Source: Octopus vulgaris
Lineage: Eukaryota
Reading direction: 5' to 3'
Assembly: GCA_951406725.2 (NCBI GenBank)
Contig: OX597836.1
Span: 48,422,001-48,486,000, forward strand
Length of the DNA: 64,000 bases
In this document: positions 1-11,741 of the stretch, in pieces
Layout of the letters: every line of letters starts with the position of its first letter
How positions within the stretch are numbered: position 1 is the stretch's first letter
The notes under the pieces: model-generated
The model's database searches: none
What the model was told of the DNA's origin: nothing
What the model saw: only the letters and a program-made list of their open reading frames with translations
Made by a program: the position numbers and the translations under genes

Positions 1-111
1 CACTGCTGTCATCAGGAACATTGACAAAATCAAGCTTTATAATGAATTCATAAAATTCGAGTTTTCTTTTTATTTCAGATCGTTTGGATTCTTGAACAAG
101 TACCATTGCCT
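1..111 (-). CDS. EIF2B3: eIF2B gamma subunit, coding exon 2 (continues beyond window start)
   Basis: Acceptor ttgcattgataattag at 113-112, phase 1, matching the previous exon. Translates (E)AMVLVQESKRSEIKRKLEFYEFIIKLDFVNVPDDSS, resembling the eIF2Bgamma segment before the GTADSLR motif. Confidence 0.85.
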
Positions 112-1081
112 CTAATTATCAATGCAAAAACAATATATCACCAATATTGAAATGTTATCAAGATATAAAAATCCCTTAAAATCAAGACATGGAACTGAGA
201 AAAAACAGCCAGGCAACCAAATAGATTTGGATGTAACACGTTGAAATTAAATCTTTTTCAAAAGTTGAAAATTATGTTTGCTAACCAATACAACTGTTAG
301 TTATAGGGTAGGTCACCAACAATACAAACATTTGAAAAAGAAAAAAAGTATAACAACCACATGAAGAGCTGAGAGATTTAAAATACTTTTTTGATGTAGG
401 CCAAGATTCCTTATCTCTAGTCATCTACCCAGGTAAACTCATAGCTTGAACTTTGTTAAAAGCCACACCAGTGACAAGGTTGACTTTGAAAGGTAAGAAA
501 TATTTCAACCATGACAAATTAAACTGACCGAGTTCCTTTGGCTATGTGGAGTATAAGACTCCAAGAAGAGCTCTTCTACCAGTCTCAATCTTTGGCACTG
601 GAATGCAGTTGTCTCCAGGTGTAGCTACCTGCCATTGCTTAAGTTTCTGTGGAACTTCATGTTTTTGGTCTGCCACACATGTCTCTGTTGGGGTGGCCAT
701 TGGAGGGCTTGCTTTGTAATGTTGGAAACTCGTTTCCATAGGGCATGTCCCAGGCAACCCCCATTTCCTCCTCTTGATCTGGTTTTTGGTAAGTTGCTGC
801 TTCACCAGTTCCCACAAGACTAAGTATTTTGCCATTTTACTTGAAGGTGGTTTTTGGAGACATGGCTTTGAAATATCTGAAGTGGTGCACTTCCTAAAAT
901 CAGTCGTCCTAGATAATTCAGGAGAGAGCCATCTTCCTAACTGATAAAACTTGAGAGCATCAAGACAAGAGGCCTTCATCAGGCTCTAAGGCCATGTTGT
1001 TGTTAATGAGAAAAAGGATGGATGAAGAAGAGGGTCGTAAATTCACAGAATAGATTAGAAGAGCAAAAACTCATTACAAAC

Positions 1082-1229
1082 CTTGAAAACCTGCCTTCTG
1101 ACACATGTTAATAGAATACCAAATCATTGGTTTGTTTCCGACAGTCAACAGAGCTTTTGGCGTGTTGGCAGTGAGGTCATTCATTCTTGACCCGGTGCCA
1201 GCAGCCAGTATCACAGGATGATAATCCAT
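1082..1229 (-). CDS. EIF2B3: eIF2B gamma subunit, coding exon 1 (nucleotidyltransferase-like N-terminus)
   Basis: MDYHPVILAAGTGSRMNDLTANTPKALLTVGNKPMIWYSINMCQKAGFQ matches the eIF2Bgamma N-terminus. ATG 1229-1227, donor CAAG|GT at 1081 (148 nt, phase 1). An acceptor tcttgtgttttag at 1247-1246 implies an upstream non-coding exon. Confidence 0.93.
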
Positions 1230-1960
1230 AATGCGTAATGCTTCACTAAAACACAAGAAAAAAAAAATTCACAGTTGGCTCACTTCAAGTCCAATCAAAG
1301 GCACTTAAGAAAAAAAAATTGCATTAAAATGTTTTGAATCTGATTATTTGACTAAGCATCTAGTTTGGATGTTGGGATAAATTATGGGGTTGGTGGCACT
1401 ACTTCAATGGAAAATCTTTTACTATTGAATATCCATTTCTACTGGTTTATTGAAATTGGAGGTGCCATTCAAAAAAAAAAAAACAAAAACTCCACTCTAA
1501 GAAGTACAAGGTACTGCTCTGCAGGAAGAATATATGCAAGACTTATCTACTTTTATTGCAAGCATTTCTCGAGTCAAGAGGTATCAATAGTGCACAGATG
1601 GGGGGGGGGGGGTCTAAAATGTCAGAAAGCTCTTGTTTAGTCTTAGATTCTGGAACAATGTTGAGAAATTTCTAGATAAAATGTTATTATAGATTACACC
1701 CTGTCATGGGCGAGGTACCCGTTACTAATAACAAGTGTGCATCATTTTAACATCTACTTTTCCTATGCTTGAATAGATTGGAGAGAATCTGCCAAGGTAG
1801 ACATCCTACAGCCAAACGCTCTTCCTGTTGCCAACCCTTATCCATTTCGAAGCAAGGTAAAGATTTCCCTCAGGACCAGATATGTTTGCACAAAATATAG
1901 AAATGACATTTACAACAATCACACAATGTCTCAAGATAAGGAGTTACAAACACACACACA

Positions 1961-2172
1961 TGAGAGGGTGCTGAAAAGTTCCGGGTTTTAAGGGCATCCT
2001 GAAAGGTCTGGTTGGAGGCCCAACTTTCCGAGTTTTTGTTTTTACAAAACTTAGAGACTGCTGTATTGTGGCATGTGAATCTGAGAGGAGAAGAGGTTGT
2101 ATAAAATCATTAACTGATTCTCCTGTATTTCCTTTTACCCAAAGCCAAGAACTTTTCAGCCCCACTCCCCTC
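1961..2172. mobile_element. Tc1/mariner-like MITE (family also at 43525-43743 and 59740-59954)
   Basis: Terminal inverted repeats GAGGGTGCTGAAAAGTTCC...GAACTTTTCAGC. The internal sequence is shared with the two other copies, in opposite orientation. Confidence 0.75.
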
Positions 2173-2204
2173 AAAATTGATGAGCTAAAAACGTGTAACA
2201 ATAT

Positions 2205-2950
2205 GTGTAGAAAATGAACAAAAATTTGCGCAAACCAACGAGGCGGGGGGGGGGGGGAGCTTTTGGAAAATTCACAGGATCCGAATTTTCCTTCATAACT
2301 TTAAGGAAAATGGATACAAAAGAAATTTTATAGAAATACCTTTCATATGGCATAGATTACGATAAAGAAATTTGAGGAAAATGTTTTTCTGAAGGGGTGG
2401 GGATAGGATTTTGGGAAAATTCACACGATCCGGTTTTTTCCCTTCATAACTTCCAGGAAAATGGGTATCTTTTAACGGAAAGATATACAAATACTTTTCA
2501 AACGATTTTATGATTATAAAGAAATTTGTGGGGAAGAATTTTTTCCAAGAGGGGTGAGGAAAGGAGTTTCGGATCAAAAAGACCACATAAATTGGAATTT
2601 CTCCGTTTTGATGAGGATTTTTCCAATTGTTTTTCACCACAGCCTTCGAAATGACAGGGAGCATCGTTTTTATATATATAAAAAAAAAAAAACAGTTTGG
2701 AAATTGTTTTTTTGAACTTTTTGTAAGAAAATTTTTCTACCCCCCACCTTCCCACCGAAAAATTTTCCTTAAGAATTTCTTTATAATCGCAATCTATATT
2801 GGTTTGAAAGGTATTTGTAGAAACTTTCATTAAAAGATACCCATTTTCCTGAAAGTTATGAGAGAAAAATCGGATCGTGTGAATTTTCCGAAAGTCCTCT
2901 CCCCACCCCGTTCGTTTCTGCAAATTTTTGTTTTCATATTCGTTTTCTAC
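2205..2950. mobile_element. Foldback-like DNA element with long modular inverted arms
   Basis: Modules AATTCACACGATCCG..CATAACTT.CAGGAAAATGGGTATCTTTTAA on the left recur as reverse complements on the right. Same family as 14350-14765, 11765-12430 and 38898-40011. Confidence 0.7.
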
Positions 2951-3528
2951 GCTTTTTTTGTTTTGTTTTGGTGACCGGGAGTTGAAGTAAACATTAACCA
3001 AAAATTTACGAGGAATCCAAAAGAAAAAAGATATCGATTGTTAACAATCGATATCTTTTTTCTGTTGGATTCCTCAAGTCGTCCAGATATTTTATTAGCA
3101 ACCTCAATTAAAATCGAGTCGAACTTGAGGAAAAACTGTTCCAGACTCAACAACAACAGCCATCCTGAGTAATTTTGACTGCAAAAGATGATGCAATATT
3201 TGCAATGATTTCAAACTGGAAGGGAGTGGGGAGAGAATAGTTACTCATTTTGCTCCGGTTACTAATTTAGGAAAACCTATTAAAAAGATGTTGTAGGTGC
3301 GTGTGGAAACCTAGAGCAGACAGGAATCGATCCAACACTGTTTCTACTGCCATGTGCTACTCAATGTTAATAGGAGGGAAAAATAGCGGAGTGGGGTAGA
3401 ATTTGAGAAGAGTAGAAATGGTCCGCATTAGTGTGGCGACTTATCCCGAATGCTATACAACCTTCATATCAAAAGGTTCGGCGATTATATAAACTATATT
3501 TTTTAAAGCTAAAGAACAAAAGATTTAA

Positions 3529-3813
3529 AGGCATTCCTTCGACATAACTCGACAAAATCAAAACATGTCACTTCGGGTATTTCCGTGGAAGCAAATGACA
3601 GTTCGATTCTGTTTTCTGCTTGGAAATTTGCGGATTTTACACACACACACACACATGAGACAGGTAAGAACAAATATGCAAGGCTTTTTTTTCTTCTTCA
3701 AGTTTTAAACGAGACATTGCTGGCATAAATTCGTTATATCTTTACTCCACAACCCACGGAAATATCCGAAGTGAAATGTTTTGATTTTGTCGAGTTATAT
3801 CGAAGGAATGCCT
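3529..3813. mobile_element. MITE with 60-bp TIRs, possibly Kolobok-type
   Basis: TIR AGGCATTCCTTCGACATAACTCGACAAAATC... at 3529-3588 versus 3754-3813, 3 mismatches in 60 bp. Flanks are TTAA and TAAA. Confidence 0.8.
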
Positions 3814-5697
3814 TAAATAAGCAAGGGACATTACATCGGTAATAATTTACCGGGACATCACATCAGAGACATTTCTGGTGCGTATTTTCATGAATTAGCT
3901 CAGCACACATTCCTTGCCTAATCTCACAACGATTAAAATAGCAGATGTTTGGCCCCAGGGCAGGAATGGCCTTTGTCTTTTCAGACAGTGTATTTCAGAA
4001 TAGATTATCCAATATGATTAGAAATAATTAAATCTAAATAAACGACAAAGTGAGATTTGAGAGAGATTTAGCTGCAATTTCTAGCAAACAGCTAACACCG
4101 GTTGACAAATTCACTAGACAACACACGAATACACACACATTTTACCAAAGTTTATAAATCCCTTAAAGCCATTTTCAACAAAAGAGTGCGAATGAAAAAA
4201 ACCCCGAAAAATACGAAGTTTTCTGTTCGATATTCTTCTATAAAAAAGGCAGAATCCTTGATTGAGAAGTGCCGTAAAAAGCTAAATATATGCAACTCTT
4301 GCAGACACGTGCGTGCATATAATAGTTATATGGCGTATCTGGAGTAAGACTGATGGATAGGGAAATGGTGCAGGTCTTGGAATCGAAGGTCATCACATGG
4401 AATTGGTTTGGCGCAATATAGTCACTAAATGGGATTCTACACAGAACGTGAAAAGAACATGGACTTGAATTTGGTATTCTGTTATTAAATCTATTGCTCC
4501 ATCGGTCTCGGTATTCGATATTAAATGTCAAACCATAAATGCAATCCGTAGATGCCCTGATGGTCAAAACTGAACAGTTCCCTCGTTAATGAGATTGCCA
4601 ATATGGACAGAAACCTGAAGGGTGAAATTAATCGCGCACTGAGCGTATCCAGTCTCCCACATATATATAAACTTTCCTTCCACATTTGTTACCTTTTAAG
4701 AAAAACCAAAAATGGGGGAAAACCAAGAAATGCTTTATGCCAATAAAAAACAAAGTGAAGTTTGTGTACTGAGAATAGAACAGGGTCGGGGTAGTTCTTA
4801 ATTTCTCAAAGGGTGCCCCGTTTTCCAAACACCAATGCTATTTCGGGGCTAATGCAGCTTCGCATTAGCCCTGCTGTTTCGTCGAAGGGCTGAACCATAT
4901 TTATATATATTCAATTTTTGAATGACTATTAGCTTTACCCACGCTGAAAAGTGTGGAGTTTTGGAATAGCTATCCCTCGAAGTCCCCTTCCTATCACCTC
5001 AGGGGAAACGAGAAGAGGGTTATTTTCTCCGTTGTTGTTATTTAAAAAAAAAAAATAGTATTTGCGTTTTATAAAACAGGAATTCACGATATTCTAAGCA
5101 TTTCTAAAAGACTGACGTCCTTGTTTAAATGTCAGACGGGGCAGAAGTGTTCGACAGAGAAACCCGTCTGCTTTAAATAGTTTTCTTTTTTCGTCAGTAG
5201 TGGAAGATAAACCGACTTTAAGTTAATTACTGCTACTTAAATAAATATTACCATCAACCACGAAAATATAAACAAAAGTGCCCGACACCAATTCTAAAGA
5301 GCATATGGGACAGGAGGAGTCAAAGCAGGGGTCTACGGGTTCTGCAGAGTAACTCCACTCGCAAGAAATAACAGCCAAATGTCCCTCACACACACAACCT
5401 AACCTTAGGCAGGGACATATTGTATAAGGTTGTGTTTGGTACAGAGTTTTTGAAAACGTTGGGATGGTCTCGGTTGGAGCAGCTGCTTCGTAAAGTTTTG
5501 CTCGGTCGGAGATGACAGCAGGGATAAGGTTTCGCCTCTTAACACAATGTTTAAACACGCAGCTGTAAACAAACGGGTGTATAGATACATCCGATACCCA
5601 CACCGACCGTACTATCAGGTGTGTATACACACAGATGCGTATATAAAGACAAAAGTTTTATACAAAGAGAGAGAAATGAAAGAAGCCGAACACTTAC

Positions 5698-5800
5698 GGT
5701 GAGGAACAGTCGTGCAACGGCCTCCGTTTCAGCTGCTCATGCTCATCGACGTACTTCCGTTCTGCCATCGTTGCTAACGAATTGTTTGACGGTTGCCAAG
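5698..5800 (-). promoter_or_regulatory. Probable promoter / non-coding first exon of EIF2B3
   Basis: Locally CpG-rich, with a strong minus-strand donor ACC|GTAAGTG at 5697 and an ETS-like ACTTCCG. The EIF2B3 ATG exon needs an upstream 5'UTR exon. Assignment is inference. Confidence 0.5.
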
Positions 5801-6002
5801 AAAGCTTTCAGAGCCTTTCGTTTTATACAAAAAAATCCCACACCAAGAGTATGATGGGAGTGCAGGGCCGATTGACTTTGTTTCCTGGCTGTTGTTGTTG
5901 TTGTTGTTGTTGTTGTTATTATTATTATTGCTATTATTATTGAGACATGGGCGACAGTAATATTTGCTGAAGGTTTTTTAAAGTTTTTTTTCTTTCAAAT
6001 AC

Positions 6003-6250
6003 ATGCGGGTTTAGCTGTGTGGTTAAGAAACTCGCTTTGCAACCATGCAATTACGGGTTCGAACCCACTACGCAGTCCCGAGGTGACCTATGTCTCGGGG
6101 GGTGAATTTGATAAACGGAAACTGCGTGGAAGCCCGTTACATTCATTCATTCATACATACATACATATCTTATGTTTGTTCCAACTCTGCCACTTGACAA
6201 CCGGTGTTGGCTTGTTTGCGTCCTCGAAACGTAGCAGTTCGACAGAAACT
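6003..6250 (+). mobile_element. tRNA-derived SINE family A, degenerate copy
   Basis: tRNA-like head with GTGTGGTTAAG and GGTTCGAACCC boxes, followed by the family A body CGGAAACTGCGTGGAAGCCCG. Confidence 0.7.
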
Positions 6251-6689
6251 CTTGTCCATGAGATGCTTATGCTGATAATTATGTCTTATTATTGATCCGT
6301 AAAGGACCAAGAAGCTGGGAAGAGTTCAAAATGATCACACAAAGGCATTTGGTGTTCGGAAGTGCATCCAGCTGAAGAAACCAGGCCAAAGATAACATGC
6401 GCGTGCATATGCGTATATATGTGTATGTACAAGTGAGGATATAAACCTTGGAGGGATAAAAATATCCAAGACTAGACTGGTTGAATTCCTAACAAAGTAG
6501 GCACATACATAAATATAGTATTATTGATATTATAGAAAACAAGAGGGAAGATGGGGATCACATCGTTTATTATCGTTGACAAGACGAGACCTACAATTGT
6601 TTCAATTCATCACTTGCAGCATAAAAATTAACCAAATTTAATTTAATTCAACTAAATCAATTTGGTTAATTGAGAATATTTCCCTTATC

Positions 6690-8080
6690 TGGGGGTCAAT
6701 GTAGAAGCTAGAGATAGACAAGTGGTTGGTGAGAGTTGTACAAGCCCTTTATATGGATGCTGTCAGTCAGGTGAAGGTTAGCAATGAGTATAGCGATAAA
6801 TTTAAGGTACAAGTAGGGGTTCACCAAGGGTCAGTCCTTAGCCCTGTCTTGTTCATCATAGTCCTCCAGGCAATAACAGAAGAGAATAAAGTTTCAGGTA
6901 TGGAAGCAAGGTCTAGAATCAAAAGGTTAATCTAACAAAAACCAAAATCTTAGTAAGTAGGAGAGCAGACAAATCACAAATCCCTTCAGTTAGATGGCCC
7001 TGCTCAATCTGTAGAAAAGGCTTAGGTAAAAACTCCATAAGATGTACCTGGTATAAACTATGGACACATAAGAGGTGCAGCAATATCAGAGGAAAGTTAA
7101 CAAGGAAAATAGTTTTTGCATGTGAAAGGTGCACAGGTACAGTAAACGCTAAAAATGTACAGAAAATAGATTGCATCATATGCTGGGGGGGGGGGGGACT
7201 AGAAGTAGTCGATAGCTTCCACTATTTAGGCGATCAAGTCAGTAGTTTTGGGAGTGTAGATGCTAGAATAAGAATAGGCTGGGCAGAGTTCAGAGAGTTC
7301 CTACCTCTGCTGGTAACAAAAGGCCTCTCGCCCAGAGTGAAAGGTAGTCAGTATGATGCCTATGTACCAACAGCCATGCTACATGGCAGTGAAACATGGG
7401 CTGTGACTGCCGAGGACATGTGTATGCTTGTAAGAAATGAAGCTAGTTTACTTCACTGGATGTATAATGTCACTGAGCATGTACAAAAGGGTGTAAGCGT
7501 CTTGAGAGAAAAGTTAGGCATAAGAGGCATCAGATGTGGTGTGCAAGAGATGACTGCGCTGGTATGGTCATGTTATGTGTATGGAGGAGGAGAGCTGTGT
7601 GAAGAAATGTCGATCTCTACCAGTGGAAGGAAGTTGTGGAAGAGGGAAACCCAGGAAGACATGAGACAAGGTGGTGAAGCATGATCTTTGAATGTTGGGC
7701 CTCACGGAGGCAATGACAAATGACCAGGACCTTTGGCAATATGCTGTGCTTGAGAGGGTCTGTCAAGCCAAGTGGAATCAGAGTCATGGCACCCATGCTG
7801 GTGGCATGTAAAAAGCGTCATTTAGGTGTTAGGCCTTATGGTGGCCGAGATCTTTAGCAAAATACCATAATTGTGTAGACCTGTCAAATTGAGATCACAG
7901 TTGTGGCTAAAGCTGCGGTTACGTCAATGGCACCCATGCTGCTGGGACATAAAAAGCACACACTACACTCTTGGTATGGTTGGTGTTAGGAAGGGCATCC
8001 AGCCTTAGAAACCATGGTAAATCACACAGGAAACTGGTTTCTACAGCTGGATGCCCTTCCTAATGCCAACCACTCCAGGA
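6690..8080 (+). mobile_element. RTE-clade LINE fragment (RT C-terminal half and 3' region), degenerate
   Basis: GVHQGSVLSPVLFIIVL (RT motif), then LEVVDSFHYLG, MLHGSETW and a W-Y-G-H-V...RGRPRKT-like tail across frameshifts. The YADD segment appears deleted near 6885. Confidence 0.9.
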
Positions 8081-8445
8081 GTAAAATACACACACACACA
8101 AACACACATGTATACACACATATACATATTCACATGACAGCTTCTCTCAGTTTCTGCCTAACAAATCCATTCACAAGGTGCATTGGTCATCTTGGAACTA
8201 CACAGAGGACACTTACCCAAAGTGCTCTGCAGTGGGACTGAAATTGAAACCATTTGATTTGCCAGCAAACTTCTTAATTACACTGAACCAATTACAAACA
8301 ATACCAAAAATAAAACATGGAGGAAAGTTCTGAAATTTGTAATTTATGGAAAATCCGAAAATAAAAATATGATAGAAAATTATTGACTTTTTGTTAAAAA
8401 AAATATAAAATTACAGTAAAATTCTTGTTTTGTCCAATCTAAAAT

Positions 8446-8751
8446 TTAATCAGAAGCAGAACTAGTTGTCTGTTGTCCTTCACTTTCTGAAGACATCGTT
8501 GCTCCCTGGGAGCTTACAAGTTTTTCCCTAAAACATGTTTGTATTTTACCAGAATTATCAAGAGGCGGCTGCCAAATCACATCCTTATGATCAGTTCTGA
8601 ATTTCTCAAATTCCATCTCTTCAGTTATTTTGCCTGTCTTGCTCTTCATTTCCAGAAACATACCCCAGTCAGTGCGGGGTGGCAGAGAGATACTTCGGTT
8701 CCAGTCTGGCTTCTCAAGATAAATTAACTTTCGGATCTGATATGCAATGGT
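8446..8751 (-). CDS. SAMD15: SAM domain protein 15-like, exon 3 (terminal)
   Basis: Acceptor cttgtgcag at 8753-8752, phase 0. TIAYQIRKLIYLEKPDWNRSISLPPRTDWGMFLEMKSKTGKITEEM...SASD* carries the RSISLP..D..G.FLE.K..TG signature that follows the SAM domain in SAMD15. Confidence 0.88.
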   Translation of the reverse strand, partial: TIAYQIRKLIYLEKPDWNRSISLPPRTDWGMFLEMKSKTGKITEEMEFEKFRTDHKDVIWQPPLDNSGKIQTCFREKLVSSQGATMSSESEGQQTTSSASD

Positions 8752-9448
8752 CTGCACAAGACAATAGCAGAAGGAAGAGAGAGAGAGAGACAGAGTGACA
8801 GTTAGGCAGACAGACAGACAGGCAGGCACAAAGTAGAGCAACAACAAATATAACAATATCAAAAGTGACAAGCCAATGAGTGGCAGGTTACAGGACCACT
8901 GACCTGCTAGAAACAATAGCCAAATCATTTTAAGAACCTCAGCTCATCATGTATATATAAATACACACACATGCATATTTATGTGTGTGTGTGTCTTGTG
9001 AGTATTTGGTGACCTCAATAGTGGAAGGGTCACAAAAAAAAGGCATCCTGAACACTCTTTAAAGTGGTTGGCATTAAGAAGGGCATCCAGCTGCAGATAC
9101 CCGGCCAAAGCAGACCATTGGGGCTCAGCATACTTTTGTGGCTCATTGCTTCCTTCCTTCATTTTGAGCTGCCTAACCCATGACTTTATGGAAAACTGAT
9201 GTTAAACAATGTTTCACATCTGTTTTTCCATGCTGGTATGGGTTAGATGGGTATTTAATTGAGATGGTGTTCTTTAGCCAGATGTCTTTCCTCTCAACAG
9301 CTTTTAGCTGTCTGTCAACAAAGGGACATTTTTTGTATCTCATTAGAATTCAAAAACAAACTTACTACCGGATTTATTGTTGAAAGGGAATTTATAAATA
9401 GCATCAACATTGCTTTTTATTACTCAAAGAAGAAGAAATGTGAGCATT

Positions 9449-9500
<52 letters not shown>

Positions 9501-9567
9501 CACACACACACTAGCAAAGAGCTTCTGTACAGTTTTTGTTCACCATTTGCACAAGAATGTCACTTAC

Positions 9568-9666
9568 TTTGATATGCTGGAAATCTCTTATTCCTAATTT
9601 ACATAAAGTCGTGGCATCAGCCATGATAAGTTTCTTGCCATCAACATAATTTTGAATGAAGCAATC
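9568..9666 (-). CDS. SAMD15: SAM domain protein 15-like, exon 2
   Basis: tctcttttcag|GAT...AAA|GTAAGT, 99 nt, phase 0/0. DCFIQNYVDGKKLIMADATTLCKLGIRDFQHIK is the SAM core. Not in the ORF track. Confidence 0.9.
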
Positions 9667-11059
9667 CTGAAAGAGACGAGATTTGATCTGTTACCCTTTG
9701 CTTCTTTGCCTATTTCCACAGCTATTCTTCTCCAACCATGCCCAGCCATGAAATATCTGCCTCTTGCATAAATAAAAATATCTAAATACTCATATTTGAT
9801 GATAGATTCAAATTTTGACACAAGACCAGCAATTTTGGGTGAGGGTGGTAGTGGTAAGTCAATTGCAGCAAACCCCTCCCCCAGTGCATAACTGGTACTT
9901 ATTTTATCAACCCTGAAAGGATGACACATCAAGTCGATTTCAGTGGCATTTGAATTCACAACATCAAGACGGACGAAAGGATGCCAAGCATTCTGCCTGG
10001 CATTCTAACAATTCTACCAGCTTTTTGCCTTATATCTGTACTTAATAGTATAATTTCAAATTGTTTTTAGCTCTTACCAAGCAGTCCTTGTGGCAAAAAA
10101 TTTAAATCATTATTATAAGCTTCTTAGTAGAATTGGCAGGGCCAGACATAATGTCTGGGCAGTATTTGTTGTGGTTCTTTTCAATTTGAATTGAAGCCCC
10201 ACCAAGGTCAAATTTGCTTTTTATTACTCTAAACTAAGGTACAAGTCAAGTACGGAGTTTGAGGTTCTCGACTGTTCCCTTTTGGTTCAAAATTGCTGGC
10301 CTCCAGTAAGCAAGCTGTTGGAAATGTGAAGAGTGTCAGAAAAAATGCCATGCAATATTTCTTTTGATTCTTTACATTCTGAGTTCAAACTCTTATTCAA
10401 TATCAATCAAGTACAATGATCGATGGTATTCACTGATCTTCTTCCCTCAAAATTGCTGGCCTTTTGCCTAAAGTTAGTTTTATTGATTCTGTAAGGATTA
10501 CCAGCAAATTTTATTTTAGACAGAATTTAAACACACATTCTGAGTCCAAATACCATTAAAGTGAACTCATCTTTCATCTTTACGGGATCGAGAAATTAAA
10601 GTACCAGTTAATTACTATGGATGATGGAATCGACTGACCCTTCCATCTGAGGTTAGATATATCTGCATCTTGAAAATTTCTCCTAACCTTTACTTGGGGA
10701 GTCACATTCCTTGGATTTCACTAGGACAAGGTCAAAACGGAGTTATACAATGAAATTTATTTTATTGAATTATATATTTATACAAGCTAGTAACGAAAGC
10801 TCTCTCTACTCGCAAATACTATATATTCTTTAAGCTATACACAATGGCTGATCTCGTATATATATATATATATGTGTGTGTGTATATATATGTATACACA
10901 TATGTGTGTGTATTTAACTGTGCTGTCATGGTATGCAGGATAGACGGCGCAAACCCCAAACGGAAAATATAACTACTAATTCCTGTAAATTATTTCCTCT
11001 ACATTATAGGACCATTGGACAAATGAATGGGTGTCACAACAAATAAGTGAAAAACAACA

Positions 11060-11155
11060 ACTCTTGAACATTGTGAAACACAAAAGCTCATCTTTGAGGG
11101 CCACATTCGAAGAGGCAGACGACTGGAAAATATCATGGAAGGAAGAATGGGCGCT
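11060..11155 (+). mobile_element. Short RTE-like LINE remnant
   Basis: Translates KLIFEGHIRRGRRLENIMEGRM, similar to the RTE C-terminal KL.YFGHI.R...LE..IMEG.. motif. Confidence 0.45.
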
Positions 11156-11454
11156 TCTTTAGGAGCGCACCTCTCCAAATAAATGAAGAAAAAGTTATGA
11201 AAATGGAAAATATATACAAAATAAATAATGCATGCAAAAAAATTAGAAAGATTCATCCATTTAAAAATATTTTATACTAATAAATAATAAAACAAACGGG
11301 AAACGTGAATTTGTGCGAAATGAAGAGACGTGGCAGACGATACAAGGGGAGGTAATCTACTTTTACCAATCAGGTATTGTTAATGATACAAGGGGCCCCC
11401 AACAATATCGTTTGTAAATTCTTGATTGTTTTTAATCAGAATTTTTTACTGTGC

Positions 11455-11531
11455 GTTAGGATTAGGATTAGGATTAGGGTTAGGGTTAGTTAAGGTTACG
11501 GTTAGTGTTAGGGTTCGGATTAGGATTAGGG
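11455..11531 (+). repeat. Degenerate (TTAGGG/TTAGGA)n interstitial telomere-like tract
   Basis: Direct reading: ttaggattaggattaggattagggttagggttag... Confidence 0.85.
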
Positions 11532-11544
11532 GTCACCACACCAC

Positions 11545-11576
11545 CATCATCATCATCATCATCATCATCGTCGTCG

Positions 11577-11638
<62 letters not shown>

Positions 11639-11669
11639 GTCGTCGTCATCATCATCATCATCATCATCG

Positions 11670-11740
<71 letters not shown>
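11545..11740. repeat. (CAT)n microsatellite with CGT interruptions
   Basis: Direct reading, about 65 units. Confidence 0.97.

Positions 11741-11741
<1 letters not shown>

Noticed and set aside
4102-4567. Overlapping 81-aa and 109-aa ORFs
   Set aside because: Non-ATG starts, no recognisable domain and no clear splice sites.
4835-4890. Hairpin GGGCTAATGC-6nt-GCATTAGCCC beside CGAAA, hammerhead-like on the minus strand
   Set aside because: Core reads TCGACGA instead of CTGANGA, and stems I and III cannot be formed convincingly.
6003-6075. tRNA-like sequence with A/B boxes
   Set aside because: No proper cloverleaf, and it continues into the family A SINE body, so it is a SINE head.
10649-11002. 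Possible solo LTR (TG...CA, minus-strand AATAAA)
   Set aside because: No matching target-site duplication and no second copy in the window.
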